Origin: Myxococcota bacterium
GTDB lineage: Bacteria > Myxococcota_A > UBA796 > SXON01
Assembly: GCA_040386535.1 (NCBI GenBank)
Contig: JAZKFH010000046.1
Span: 1-64,000 of the forward strand
DNA length: 64,000 nt
Direction: 5' to 3'
Both the position numbers and the translations under genes were made by a program. This document shows, one piece after another, positions 1-10,240 of this stretch; position 1 is the stretch's first letter; every line of letters starts with the position of its first letter. The notes beneath the pieces are model-generated. The model searched no databases and was not told the origin of the DNA. It saw only the letters and a list, made by a program, of their open reading frames with translations.

Positions 1-8
1 CCGGAGTC

Positions 9-93
9 GAGAGATGCTCGGTCATCGGCCGACCCCGGTCCTCCCAGGCGGACCGCAGTGGAGAGATGCTCGGTCATCGGCCGACTGCGGTCC
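9..93. repeat. 52-bp-period direct repeat (GAGAGATGCTCGGTCATCGGCCGAC x2) with internal inverted repeats; may continue beyond the window edge
   Basis: Identical 25-mer at 9 and 61; GGACCGCAGT (50-59) and ACTGCGGTCC (84-93) form an inverted pair. Confidence 0.7.
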
Positions 94-156
94 CTCCCCG
101 TGAACCAAACTCGACGCTCGGGCCAGGACCGACTGAAACCGATCACACCCGGGTCG

Positions 157-242
157 GTTTCGTCAGTAGGGCGGACGAGGGCGGGGGACCTGTCGGACAG
201 GTGAGTGGGGTTCGTCCGTGTGGCGGACGAAGTCGGGGGACC
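157..242 (+). repeat. REP-like palindromic repeat, ~1.7 copies of the 52-bp unit found at 1392-1651
   Basis: GGCGGACGA..GGGGGACCTGTCGGACAGGTG..TTCGTCCG matches the array on the other side of the transposase. Confidence 0.8.
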
Positions 243-266
243 GGCGCGCCCGCCTCCGCCGCGGCG

Positions 267-450
267 CCGCGTGAGGGGCGTGGAGGGCCCCGCCTCCGGC
301 GGCGGTCCGGCCGGCCGCGCTCGGGCGGCCGGCCGACCGAGGCGCTCCGCGCCGCTGCCGAAGGCGGGCGAAAGCCGCCTCCGGCCCGTGGCCGAGGGTG
401 GATCGTACGGCCTGGAGCGGACCTCGCCGTCAGCGGCGAGGGTCACGCCC
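267..450 (+). repeat. Dispersed structured intergenic element, copy A (carries an insertion with a GAAA-loop hairpin)
   Basis: GCGTGAGG..GGAGGGC / CGGTCCGG..CCGACCGAG / 3' hairpin..CACGCCC, close to 1676-1810. Confidence 0.7.
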
Positions 451-493
451 GATCGAACTCCCGGTCCCGGTGGAGTTGTCACGTCCGCTCCCC

Positions 494-1297
494 TCAGGCG
501 CGGCGCACGGTCCGGGTCTGCGGCGGGAGGTCGAGGCGCGCGCGATCGCCGAGGCCGCTGCGGTGGCCCATGCGGAGGGCGATCATGCGGTCGAGCTCCG
601 GCTCGGGCTCGGCCCGTTCGACGCGGAGGCGCCGGATCGACCGCTCGGTGAGATCGAGGGCCTCGGCGATGGCGGTGATGGGCACCGTCGGGAGCGCGAG
701 GCGGACCGCGGCGGCGCGGCCGCGTGTGGAGAGGGCGCCGCGATCGAGGGCCGCGAGGCCGACCGCGCCGGCCGCCGCATCCGCGAGCAGGTCGACCCGA
801 ACGCACGGTTCAAGCTCGACGACGCCCAACAGCCCGAGGAGCTGGGCGCGGTGGACGCGCGGCAGCAGGCGCCGGACGCGCGGGATGAACCCGGGCGGCA
901 CGAGCCGCAAGCCGAGCAGGCCGGGGAGGCTCGACCCCTCGTGCAGGGGGTCGTTACCGACGCCGTGCTTTTCGGCGTTACGATGAACGTACGCGAACGC
1001 CTCCTCGACGTGCCCCTGGTGCTCCATCGGTTTGAGGAAGGTGGGCGCGAAGCCGGACGGGAGGTCGAGCGCCTGCGTGAGCGCCGAGCCGAGCGCCTGG
1101 GCGAAGCGGCCGGCAGCCGCGCGGTCGCACAGGGCGGTGACGTGGAAATGGTCGCCCGCGGCGCGAAAGGCGTAGAGGCCAAAGCCCTCGCCGACACGGT
1201 GCGTCGTGACCGCGAGCGCGCGCTGTGCCGCCGGGTCGGACGCGAGCACCCGCGAGTCGACGGCGCGGAAGACGAGGTGGAAGCCGAGGGGTGGCAT
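494..1297 (-). mobile_element. REP-associated tyrosine transposase (RAYT/TnpA-REP-like, Y1 HUH family) with C-terminal HTH
   Basis: N-terminal FHLVFR, HUH motif DHFH, catalytic AYVHRNAEKHG (Y..N..K.G), then SS motif; C-terminal ITAIAEALDLTERSIRR HTH; flanked by palindromic repeats. Start ATG 1297 chosen because the upstream ORF extension is translated repeat DNA. Confidence 0.8.
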
Positions 1298-1391
1298 GGC
1301 GCGCGAACCTTGTGCACGCCCCCGCCCGTCGGGAAGGGGGTGGGCGCACGGCGGGCCACAATTTCGCCCTGGCGACGGGGAGCCTCGGGGT

Positions 1392-1651
1392 GGCGGACGA
1401 AGTCGGGGGACCTGTCGGACAGGTGGGTGGGTTTCGTCCGTGTGGCGGACGAAGTCGGGGGACCTGTCGGACAGGTGGGTGGGTTTCGTCCGTGGGGCGG
1501 ACGAAGTCGGGGGACCTGGCGGACAGGTGGGTGGGTTTCGTCCGCGGGGCGGACGAAGTCGGGGGACCTGGCGGACAGGTGGGTAGGTTTCGTCCGCGGG
1601 GCGGACGAAGTCGGGGGACCTGTCGGACAGGTGGGTGGGTTTCGTCCGCGG
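1392..1651 (+). repeat. Tandem array of 5 x 52-bp REP-like units
   Basis: Units start at 1392, 1444, 1496, 1548, 1600; hairpin TTCGTCCG-N5-CGGACGAA across unit junctions and palindrome ACCTGTC-G-GACAGGT; preceded by GTGG/GTAG. Confidence 0.9.
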
Positions 1652-1810
1652 GGCGTGCCCGCCTCCGCCCCGGCGCCGCGTGAGGTGCGCGGAGGGCGCC
1701 GCCTCTGGCGGCGGTCCGGCCGGGCGCGCTCGGGCGGCCGGCCGACCAAGGCGCTTCGCGCCGCGCCCGTAGCGGACCGACCCTCGCCGTCCGCGGCGAG
1801 GGGCACGCCC
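1651..1810 (+). repeat. Dispersed structured intergenic element, copy B
   Basis: Conserved motifs as in copy A; GGGCGTGCCC (1651-1660) is the exact reverse complement of GGGCACGCCC (1801-1810). Confidence 0.75.
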
Positions 1811-1870
1811 GGTCGAGCTACCCGCCCACCGCATCGACCACGAGCTCGAACCCGGGGCAGACGGTGCGGC

Positions 1871-2140
1871 TCATTCGCGGGGCGAGCCCGACCCACACAC
1901 CCCCGCCTCACACCCGCACGTGTCCGCCGCGGGCCACGTGTACTCGATCGCCTTGTCGCAGCCGATCTGGATGACCGCGATCGGGGCGTCGACGTGGGCA
2001 CAGTAGACGGTCTCGGTGCACGGGTTGCCGGTGTAGGCGCAGTCGGCGGGGGCGTCGCAGGTGAGGCACCACGCGGGGTCGGACGCGCAGGCGTCGACCA
2101 CCGTGGCCGTGCGGCAGGCGATCAGCAGGAGCAGGAGCAT
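1871..2140 (-). CDS. Small Cys-rich lipoprotein
   Basis: MLLLLLIAC signal, many Cys in 89 aa, TAGAGT 6 nt upstream of the ATG. Confidence 0.7.
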   Translation of the reverse strand: MLLLLLIACRTATVVDACASDPAWCLTCDAPADCAYTGNPCTETVYCAHVDAPIAVIQIGCDKAIEYTWPAADTCGCEAGVCGSGSPRE

Positions 2141-2148
2141 GCGCCGAC

Positions 2149-3679
2149 TCTACAGGGTGCAGCGTCACGACCTCGAGCGCGAAGCTGCGCTCGGCCCCCT
2201 CGACGGCTTCTACCCGGAGGGGTGCGCCGTGCCCGGTCACCCACCCCTCGCCCGCCAATCCGTCGCAGTCGCCCTCGGGGCTGGCCCAGGTTCCCACGAC
2301 CGGGTCGTAGCGCAGCGAGATCGCGAGGCTTTCTCCGCCGTTGACCTGGGAGGTCCCCGCCACCGCGGCCGTGATCACGATCGTGCCGTCCGACAGCCGG
2401 AAGAGGGAATCCACGTACGCGGTGGGGACAGGCAGGTCCGCGATCAAGACCCCCTCGCCGCTCCAGTCGAGCTGCACGAGCGAGAGGCCGGCCGGCGACC
2501 CATACGCTGCCACGGCGCCAGTTGCGTCGGCGGAGAAGGCCTCTGTCCGGGTCGGGTCGAACGGGGTGAGAGCGTCGTTACCAGCCTGCTGCACGGTTCC
2601 CGCGGCGAGGTCGATCCGGAGCGCTGCGCCGCCGGAACGGACGAGGGCGACGCCATCCTTCTCGAACCCGACGGGGCTGAAGCCCTCCTCCATGGTCGGC
2701 CAGCTCAGGGGCTCCAGGCGCAGCGGGTTCGTCTCCACCCGCCAGGCGAGGCCCGGGTCATCGCCCGCGACCTGGTACAGGATCGGCGCGGTGGTCGAGC
2801 CGACCAGGCCGTGCGCGGAGAGGGATGGGTTGCCGCCGATCCGGACGGGGCCGTGCGGCGCGAGGGCCAGGGTGTCGACGATGACGAAGGTGTCGGGGTC
2901 GAGGAGCAGCAGGTGGGGCGCGATCGCCTCGGTCGCCACCGCGTCCTCGGTGACCAGGTGCTCGAGGACGAAGATCCCCGCCGCGCCCGCGACCGCGGAG
3001 GCGTAGCGGGCGTCCGCCTCGCGCTGGCTGTCGGGGACCGCGGTCGTAGAGTTGGCGAAGGCGAACGACGCGTCCAACTCGGACCACTCCAATGACACAT
3101 CGGTGTCGGGAAAGGCGATGTCGCGCACGAAGCGGGCGGCCTCCAGCGGCCCCTCGATGCCACAGGTGCGGTTGAGCTCCTCCAGCAGGGCGGTGAGCTC
3201 GGGACCTGGGCGCAGAGCCGTGCGAAGGCCTCATGGCGTCGGGACGTTTCGCTCGGGTACGACTCCCGGTCGACCGCGTCCGTCAAGGGCTCGAGGACCT
3301 CGGCGCCGTGCGCGCTGGCCCACTTCCCCTCGCTCGCCTCCTCGTGGTCCAAGGCATGACAGAACTCGTGCACCGTCGTGGCCGGCGCCGGGGGGGCCAG
3401 CAGCTCGATGCTCCGCGTGACGCTGTTGTAGCGGCCCGCGATGTCCACGAGCTCGGGCACCAGCTCCACCCGCTCCACACAGGTCGTGTCGCGCCCGGTC
3501 CACGCGATGAACTGGTCGAGCCCCTCCTGGAACTGGGCCAACGCGGGCTCTGGGTCGGAGAGCTGGGACGCGTCCACCACCATGGTGTCCCACGGGTGGC
3601 ACTCGCCGCAGCCCGACAGCCACGACGCTGCGACGGCGAGGAGCCGGGAACTCGGCTGATGTTTCCCGTCGAACCGCAT
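2149..3679 (-). pseudogene. Frameshifted putative HExxH metallopeptidase-like lipoprotein (pseudogene or assembly indel)
   Basis: ORF from 3679 has LSGC lipobox and VHEFCHALD..E..HEAFA; the sensible reading continues in the 1908..3128 frame after a 1-nt shift near 3205 (CAG G(G)T CCC GAG CTC). Confidence 0.55.
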
Positions 3680-3718
3680 GCCGAACGTAATAGCGCAGGC
3701 ACCGGTTCGTTGCGAGAC

Positions 3719-6700
3719 TCACCCCCCAATCACCAGATCCCGCAGCTCCCCCGTCCCCAGGTGCACCACGCGCACCCGATGGTTGTTCGTGTCCGCCACG
3801 AGCAGGTAGTCGCCCGCGATGGCGAGGCCGCCGGGCTCGTCGAGCTCGGTGGGGCCGCCACACAAGGTGTGGATGCCGCCGCCGCGCAGGTCGACCGACT
3901 TGATCTTGTGGTTGTAGGTGTCGGCCACGTACAGCTGGCCCTCGGCGGCCGCGACGGCGAGCGGGTGCTGGAGGAGGGCCTTGTCGGGGGGGCCGTCGAT
4001 ATCGCCGAAGTCGAACAGGCCCTGGCCGACGAGCGTGCCGACGCGGTGCTCCTTCAGATCGAACACGCGCACGCTGCTGGTCTCGCTGTCCGCGAAGAAC
4101 AGGTAGCGGCCGACCAGGGAGAGGCCGCTCGGTTGGGCGAGGGCGGCCTCGGCGGGGCTGCCGTCCACGTGCTCCTCGGCGCCGCTGCCGAACAAGGGGC
4201 CGAGCTGGTCGCGCTCGGGGAGGTACACCCAGACCTGGTGGGCGCCCGCCATGGCGATGAACACGGCCTCGGTCTGGCCGGCGGGGTTGGTGGAGACGGC
4301 CACGTCCCAAGGGGAGCGCAGGGCGAGCTTGCGGGGGTCGGCGGCCTCGGCCTCGATGCCCCGGCCGAGCTTCCCGGTGCCCGCGGCGGTGCGGACCTCG
4401 CCGGTGGTGAGATCGATGCGGCGGATGGCGTGGTTCTCGGTGTCGGCCACCCACAAGCTGCCGCCGGCGCGCGCGAGGCCCTGGGGGGAGTGGAAGGCGG
4501 CCTGGTCGGCGGGGCCGTCCACGAGGCTGGCGCCATTGCCGCCGAACGTGCGTACGCGCGTAGCGACGGGCCAGCCGTCGGGCCCGCGGGAGAGCGAGGC
4601 CTCGACGATGCGGTGGTTGCCGGTGTCGGCGATGTAGAGGCGCGCGTCGGGGCCGAACGGATCCTGGCCGTGCGCCTGCGCCATCAGGTCGGGGGAGAGG
4701 TGCACCTTGCCGGGAAAGCAGAGGCCGTGCCCGATCGCGGCGGGGGCGGCGGGGCGCCACGCGGGCTTCTCGGCGAGGATGCCGGCGGCGCGGGCCTCCT
4801 CGAGGAGCTTGTGTACGACGGGGGCCAGCTCCTCGTGGGTGACCTCGCCCGCCTTCTGCCACGCGACGCGGCCCGCGGCGTCGAGCACCACGATGGTGGG
4901 CCAGGAGCGGATGGTGTAGGCGTCCCACAGGGTGTGGGCCGGGTCGAGCACGACCGGGTGGTGGATGTGGTTGCGGCGCACCGCCTTCGCGACGTGGTGG
5001 GGCTCACGCTCGGTGGCGAACTTGGCGGCGTGGACGCCGATGACCATGACCGGCTGGTCGACCATGACGGCCTCGAGCGCGGCCAACTCGGGGAGCACGT
5101 GCAGGCAGTTGATACAACAATACGTCCAGAAGTCGAGCACCACGACGTTGCCACGCAAGCGCTCGAGCGAGAGCGGCCCGCTGTTGAGCCAATGGGCGGC
5201 GTCCGCGGGGAGCGCCGGGGCGTGGACGCGCAGCGGGATCTTGCCACCCGTTTCGCGCTTGGGCCGGTTGGCCTGCTCGAGCTGCAACGCGAGCTCGGCG
5301 GGGTCGGTGGTCGGGGCGAGGCAGGTGCGCTGCTCGCACAGGTAGGCGGTGCCGGCGCCGCCGATGGCGGACTTGTCCTCCAGCCAGGGGAGGAGCGGCG
5401 GGGTCTGATCGTTCGGATGCCACGCCACCACCGCGAAGGGCAGGTAGTGGGCGTACACGGCCTCGATGAGGGCCTCGGCCTTGCCGCCGATGATGCCGAT
5501 CTGCTGGGTGGCGCCGGTGCGCCAGGCGGCGGCGATGGCCTCCGTGCCGAGGGCGCGGGGCGCGCGGTCGACCAGGGCCTGGTAGGCGCGCAGAATGGTG
5601 TCGGCCTTCTCGCCGAGGTCGGTGCGGCCGGAGAGCTCGTCGAGCCGGGCGAAGGCGAGAGCCGCCACACCGTTGGCGGAGGGCTCGGCGCCGCCGAGGA
5701 GGTGCTTGGACCGCGTCAGCAGCACCTCGGCGTCGGTGCCGGTGTAGAACAGGCCGCCCTCGGCGTCGTCCCAGAACAGGCGGGTCGTCGTGTCGGCCAT
5801 CGCGTTGGCCTCGGCCAGCCAGTCGAAATCGAAGGTGGCCTCGAACACGTCGACGAGGGCGTTGGTGAAGAACGCGTGGTCGTCGGCGAAGCCGGGGATG
5901 TGGGCGCGGCCGTCCTTCCAGGTGCGCTGGAGGCGGGGGGCGCCCTCCGAACTCTTGGAGGCCGGGATCCGGACGTGGTCGAGCAGAAAGCGCGCGGCCC
6001 TGGTCGCGGCGCCCCGCCAGTGGGGCACGTCGAAGGTGGAGGCGGCGCGCGCGAAGGCCGAGATCATCAGCGCGTTCCAGGCGGTCACGATCTTGTCGTC
6101 GCGGCCGGGGTGCACGCGCTGCTCCCGCGCGGCGAGCAGCCTGGGCAGGGCGGCCTCGACCAACTCACGGGAGTCGGTGTCGAGGCGCTCGCGCGGCACC
6201 TCCATCCGAAGCACGGACGTGCCGTGCTCGAACGTGCCCGCGTCCGTGACACCCAACAACGCGGAGACCCGCATGCCGTCGAGCACGCCGAGCACGTTGC
6301 GCAGCTGGGTGGGCGTCCACGCGTAGAACTTGCCCTCCTCGCCCTCGCTGTCGGCGTCCAGGCTGGAGCGGAACCCGCCCTCGGGGGCCGTCATCTCGCG
6401 CAGGACCCACTCCAGCGTCTCGGTGACGACGCGCTTGTAGAGCGGGTCCTTGGTGATCTTCCACGCGTCCGTGTAGAGCGGCACCAGCTGCGCGTTGTCG
6501 TACAACATCTTCTCGAAGTGCGGCACCTTCCACGCGGGATCGACGCTGTAGCGGGCGAACCCGCCGGCGAGCAGGTCGTACATGCCACCCTTCGCCATCG
6601 CGTCCAACGTGTCGGTCGCCATCTTCAGCGAGCGCTCGTTGCCCGTGCGGCGCCAATGCGCGAGCAGCACCGCGATGGCCCCGTGCGGCGGGAACTTGGG

Positions 6701-7309
6701 AGCGCCGCCGAACCCAGCGTTGGTGGCGTCGAACTCCTTGTCCAGGCTCACGGCGAGCCGGTCGAGCCAATCGTCGGTGAGCGCGCCCTCGGCACGCGGG
6801 AGCTTGGCCGCAGAGGACAGGTAGCCGCCCACCTTGCCGGTGACGTCGGCGACCTTGGCGCGGTCGGTGCCCCAGAGGTTCTGCACGTGGCCGAGCACCT
6901 GCGTGAACGAGGGCATGCCGCGCGAGGGGGTGGGTGGGTAGTAGGTGCCGCCGAAGAAGGGCTTGCCCTCGGGGGTGAGGAACACGGTCATCGGCCAGCC
7001 GCCGTGGCCGCCGGTGAAGGCCTGCACCGCGCGCATGTAGAGCTCGTCGAGATCGGGGCGCTCCTCGCGGTCGACCTTGACGTTGACGAAGCCCTGGTTC
7101 ATCAACCCGGCGACCTGGTCGTCCTCGAAGCTCTCGTGCGCCATCACGTGGCACCAATGGCAGGCCGAGTACCCGATCGACAGGAGGATGGGCTTGTCCT
7201 CGGCCTTGGCGCGGGCCAGCGCCTCGGGGCCCCACGGGAACCACTCGACGGGGTTCTCGGCGTGCTGGAGGAGGTAGGGGCTCGTCTCGTTGCTGAGGCG
7301 GTTGGGCAC
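3719..7309 (-). CDS. YyaL/SSP411(SPATA20)-like thioredoxin + alpha/alpha-barrel protein fused to an NHLRC2-like thioredoxin/NHL-repeat module
   Basis: [47 protein letters not shown]; later [13 protein letters not shown] and repeated ADTxNHxIR NHL motifs; GTG start at 7309. Confidence 0.88.
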   Translation of the reverse strand: MPNRLSNETSPYLLQHAENPVEWFPWGPEALARAKAEDKPILLSIGYSACHWCHVMAHESFEDDQVAGLMNQGFVNVKVDREERPDLDELYMRAVQAFTGGHGGWPMTVFLTPEGKPFFGGTYYPPTPSRGMPSFTQVLGHVQNLWGTDRAKVADVTGKVGGYLSSAAKLPRAEGALTDDWLDRLAVSLDKEFDATNAGFGGAPKFPPHGAIAVLLAHWRRTGNERSLKMATDTLDAMAKGGMYDLLAGGFARYSVDPAWKVPHFEKMLYDNAQLVPLYTDAWKITKDPLYKRVVTETLEWVLREMTAPEGGFRSSLDADSEGEEGKFYAWTPTQLRNVLGVLDGMRVSALLGVTDAGTFEHGTSVLRMEVPRERLDTDSRELVEAALPRLLAAREQRVHPGRDDKIVTAWNALMISAFARAASTFDVPHWRGAATRAARFLLDHVRIPASKSSEGAPRLQRTWKDGRAHIPGFADDHAFFTNALVDVFEATFDFDWLAEANAMADTTTRLFWDDAEGGLFYTGTDAEVLLTRSKHLLGGAEPSANGVAALAFARLDELSGRTDLGEKADTILRAYQALVDRAPRALGTEAIAAAWRTGATQQIGIIGGKAEALIEAVYAHYLPFAVVAWHPNDQTPPLLPWLEDKSAIGGAGTAYLCEQRTCLAPTTDPAELALQLEQANRPKRETGGKIPLRVHAPALPADAAHWLNSGPLSLERLRGNVVVLDFWTYCCINCLHVLPELAALEAVMVDQPVMVIGVHAAKFATEREPHHVAKAVRRNHIHHPVVLDPAHTLWDAYTIRSWPTIVVLDAAGRVAWQKAGEVTHEELAPVVHKLLEEARAAGILAEKPAWRPAAPAAIGHGLCFPGKVHLSPDLMAQAHGQDPFGPDARLYIADTGNHRIVEASLSRGPDGWPVATRVRTFGGNGASLVDGPADQAAFHSPQGLARAGGSLWVADTENHAIRRIDLTTGEVRTAAGTGKLGRGIEAEAADPRKLALRSPWDVAVSTNPAGQTEAVFIAMAGAHQVWVYLPERDQLGPLFGSGAEEHVDGSPAEAALAQPSGLSLVGRYLFFADSETSSVRVFDLKEHRVGTLVGQGLFDFGDIDGPPDKALLQHPLAVAAAEGQLYVADTYNHKIKSVDLRGGGIHTLCGGPTELDEPGGLAIAGDYLLVADTNNHRVRVVHLGTGELRDLVIGG

Positions 7310-7401
7310 GCGGACTCCGGGCGCAGGGGGTGTCAGGAAGGGGTCCTGGAAGGGCGGCAAAGAAGGAACGTTGACACCGGGCGCGACCGTGGCCCGGCCC
7401 G

Positions 7402-7920
7402 TCACTCGCGCTTGTTGCGCAGCTTCCGCGTCAGGCCGTTGAGGAACGCGTGGAGCAGCTCGTCGTCGCACACGCGGTAGTTCTTGTGCCCCGCGTTGCG
7501 GAAGATGCTGCGCAGGTGCGGCCGGCTCACCTCGCCGTCGCCCAGCGCGATCGTGGCGAGGATGTCCTCCTCCTTCAGGTCCAGCGCGATGCGGAGCTTC
7601 TTGAGGATCTCGTTGGTGGTGAGGGTGGGCGGGGCCTCGGCGCCCTCCTCCACGCTCTCCGCGCCCTCTGCCGCGCCCCCCTTCGCCGCCGCCACCGGCG
7701 AGGTCCGCGGGCCGCGCCGATCGAGGATCAACGTGTCGAGGAAGCGCTCCAGCCGGCCGCTCGGGCAGGGCACGAAGCCGTGTTGCCCGTCCTTCATCAA
7801 CAGCGCGGTCAGCTCGTCGGGCGTCACGGGGTCACCGGCGCGCGCGAACATGTCGATGACCTTCTGGTCGTCGAGATCGAGCGCGAAGCGCAGGCGCCGG
7901 AGCACGTCGTTGTCGTTCAT
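7402..7920 (-). CDS. DUF1456 (YehS-like) protein
   Basis: [16 protein letters not shown]...[15 protein letters not shown]...[19 protein letters not shown] two-repeat pattern. Confidence 0.85.
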   Translation of the reverse strand: MNDNDVLRRLRFALDLDDQKVIDMFARAGDPVTPDELTALLMKDGQHGFVPCPSGRLERFLDTLILDRRGPRTSPVAAAKGGAAEGAESVEEGAEAPPTLTTNEILKKLRIALDLKEEDILATIALGDGEVSRPHLRSIFRNAGHKNYRVCDDELLHAFLNGLTRKLRNKRE

Positions 7921-8035
7921 GGGGCAGCTTCCAGAGGATCGGGGGTGGGCGAGGACGGCCCTATAACGGCGCCCGCCCGCGCGACCCGAGGAATGGGGGC
8001 CCGAGATTCCCGTCAACTTCGGCGCCCGCCCACCG

Positions 8036-10240
8036 ATGGGTGCCCCGATGACGCCCATTCCCGCTGTCGCCCCACCTACGCACGACGCGCGCTCATTCGG
8101 CTCCTGGCTCGACCGGCTGCTCCCGGCCGAGCTGCGCGACTCGCCCGCGACCCGGATCCGCGCGCACCTCGGGCTGATCTTTCCGCTCATCTACGTCGTG
8201 AGCGCGGGTATCGAGGCGGTGGTCTACCTCGGGTCCGGAAAGTGGGGGACGGCCGCCTGTATCGCGGTCACGATCCCTGTCATGGCGATGGCGCCCTGGG
8301 CGCTGCTGCGCCTGCGCTCGTTGGAGGCGAGCGCCCACGTCCACGCCACGGTGGTCTTCGCGCTCGTCACCGTGCTGAACATCCTGCACGGCGGCGTGCA
8401 GTGGCGGGCGCTGATCTGGGCGGGGCCCCCGTTGCTCTACACGCTCCTCGTGGGTGGGGCGCGCCCGGCCATCACCTGGTTGACCCTGCAGATCGTCGGC
8501 ATCTTGATCACGTTTGGCGTGGTCGCGGCGGGGGTCGCCTTTCCGGGGGAGCCCGTTCGGGCGCCCTCCATGACGACCGACATGATGCAGCTGCTCGTCC
8601 TGCCGATCACCACCTTCGCGCTGGCGTTCGTGTACCACCGTGTCAACACCTCGGTCCTGTCCGAGCTGCACAAAACCTCGGCGGCGCTCGGGCGCATCCG
8701 CGCGGGGCTGGACGAAGCCCAGCGGCTCGCGCGGGTCGGGAGCTGGGAGTTCGACGGGGGGACCAACCTCCTGACGTGGTCCAACGCCCTGTTCGGATTG
8801 CTCGACCTGCCGGTCGGCCCGCCCATGACCATCCCGGAGGCGCTCGGGCACGTCCATGCCGACGATCGGACCGTGCTGCTCGCCCTGTTCGAGGGCGTGT
8901 GTACGTCGGGTGGCCGGGCCGAGGCCGACGTGTACATGCTACGGGCCGACGGCGCGGAGCGTCGGTTCCACTTCATCTTCTCGCGCATGCCGGACGACGA
9001 CGCCGGGCAGATCGTCGTGGCCGGCACGTGCCAGGACGTTCACGATGCGAGGACGGCCGAGACGGAGCTCATCCGGGCCCGCGAGCAGGCCCTGGTCGCC
9101 TCCGAGGCCAAGTCCCAATTCCTGTCACACATGAGCCACGAGATCCGCACCCCGATGAACGGTGTCATCGGGCTCACCTCTCTCGCGCTCGGCACGCCGC
9201 TCGATGCCGAGCAGCGCGAGTACGTCGAGGGCGCGCGCACCGCCGGGTTGAACCTGCTCACGATCATCGACGATATCCTCGATCTGACCAAGGTCGAGGC
9301 CGGCGAGCTGCGGACCGAGCAGATCCCGTTCTCGCTCCGGAAGGTGCTCGACGAGGTGGTCGAGACCGTCGCGCACGGCGCCACGCGCAAGGGCCTCGCC
9401 CTGCGGCTCGAGATCGATCCCGCCCTCGCGCACACGTTCCGGGGGGACCCGGTGCGCGTGCGCCAGATCCTGCTGAACCTCGCCGGGAACGCGGTGAAGT
9501 TCACCACGGAGGGCGCCGTCACCCTCCGCGCGGGCGTCGATCCGGAGCGCCCGGGCGCGATCCGCATCGTCGTGGAGGACACCGGGCCCGGCATCGCCCG
9601 CGACGCCCAGCTCCGCGTCTTCGAGTCGTTCCAACAGGCCGACGTGTCGACCACGCGCCGCTTCGGCGGGACCGGCCTCGGCCTCACCATCTCCCGCAAG
9701 CTGGCCGAGGTGATGGACGGCCGGCTCTGGGTGACGAGCGAGCTGGGGGTGGGCAGCTGCTTCACCCTGCTGCTCCCGCTGGAGCCGATCGAGACGAAGG
9801 CGGCCACCGAACATGCGCTCGCCGACGCCGTCGCGTCTCCCGCGCGCTCGCTCCTGGTGCTCCTGGCCGAGGATAGCGCCGTGAACGCGCTGGTGGCATC
9901 GCGGTTGTTGGGGCGGGCGGGCCACCGGGTGATCCAGGTGAAGAACGGTCTGGACGCGGTGCGCGCCGCCCTCTCGGAGCCGATCGACGTGGTGCTGATG
10001 GACGTGCAGATGCCCGAGCTGGACGGCCTGGAGGCCACCCGGCTGATCCGCCGCCACGAGGCGCTCCACGGCGGCTACCTGCCAATCGTGGCGCTGACCG
10101 CCGGCGCCATGAAGGGGGACGACGAAACCTGCTACGCGGCGGGCATGGACGCCTTCCTGTCCAAGCCGCTCGATCCCCGCCGGCTCGAGGCGAGCGTGCT
10201 GGCGAACGCCGAGCGCAAGCGGGTGGCGCCGGCGGCGTGA
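8036..10240 (+). CDS. Membrane hybrid sensor histidine kinase/response regulator (TM sensor, PAS-like, HisKA, HATPase, REC)
   Basis: [52 protein letters not shown]. Confidence 0.93.
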   Translation: MGAPMTPIPAVAPPTHDARSFGSWLDRLLPAELRDSPATRIRAHLGLIFPLIYVVSAGIEAVVYLGSGKWGTAACIAVTIPVMAMAPWALLRLRSLEASAHVHATVVFALVTVLNILHGGVQWRALIWAGPPLLYTLLVGGARPAITWLTLQIVGILITFGVVAAGVAFPGEPVRAPSMTTDMMQLLVLPITTFALAFVYHRVNTSVLSELHKTSAALGRIRAGLDEAQRLARVGSWEFDGGTNLLTWSNALFGLLDLPVGPPMTIPEALGHVHADDRTVLLALFEGVCTSGGRAEADVYMLRADGAERRFHFIFSRMPDDDAGQIVVAGTCQDVHDARTAETELIRAREQALVASEAKSQFLSHMSHEIRTPMNGVIGLTSLALGTPLDAEQREYVEGARTAGLNLLTIIDDILDLTKVEAGELRTEQIPFSLRKVLDEVVETVAHGATRKGLALRLEIDPALAHTFRGDPVRVRQILLNLAGNAVKFTTEGAVTLRAGVDPERPGAIRIVVEDTGPGIARDAQLRVFESFQQADVSTTRRFGGTGLGLTISRKLAEVMDGRLWVTSELGVGSCFTLLLPLEPIETKAATEHALADAVASPARSLLVLLAEDSAVNALVASRLLGRAGHRVIQVKNGLDAVRAALSEPIDVVLMDVQMPELDGLEATRLIRRHEALHGGYLPIVALTAGAMKGDDETCYAAGMDAFLSKPLDPRRLEASVLANAERKRVAPAA

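Noticed and set aside
1392..1651. CRISPR array
   Set aside because: Units are near-identical over their whole length with no unique spacers, and there are no cas genes; better explained as a REP-like array.
1298..1834. N-terminal extension of the transposase ORF (446 aa version)
   Set aside because: It is the translation of repeat DNA; the protein-like sequence begins at ATG 1297.
3233..7480. Long + strand ORF (1415 aa) and similar long antisense or alternate-frame ORFs (e.g. 29924-32413, 33165-36551, 36158-40216, 56378-58894)
   Set aside because: Shadow ORFs typical of high-GC DNA, overlapping well-supported genes; Arg/Gly/Ala-rich with no motifs.
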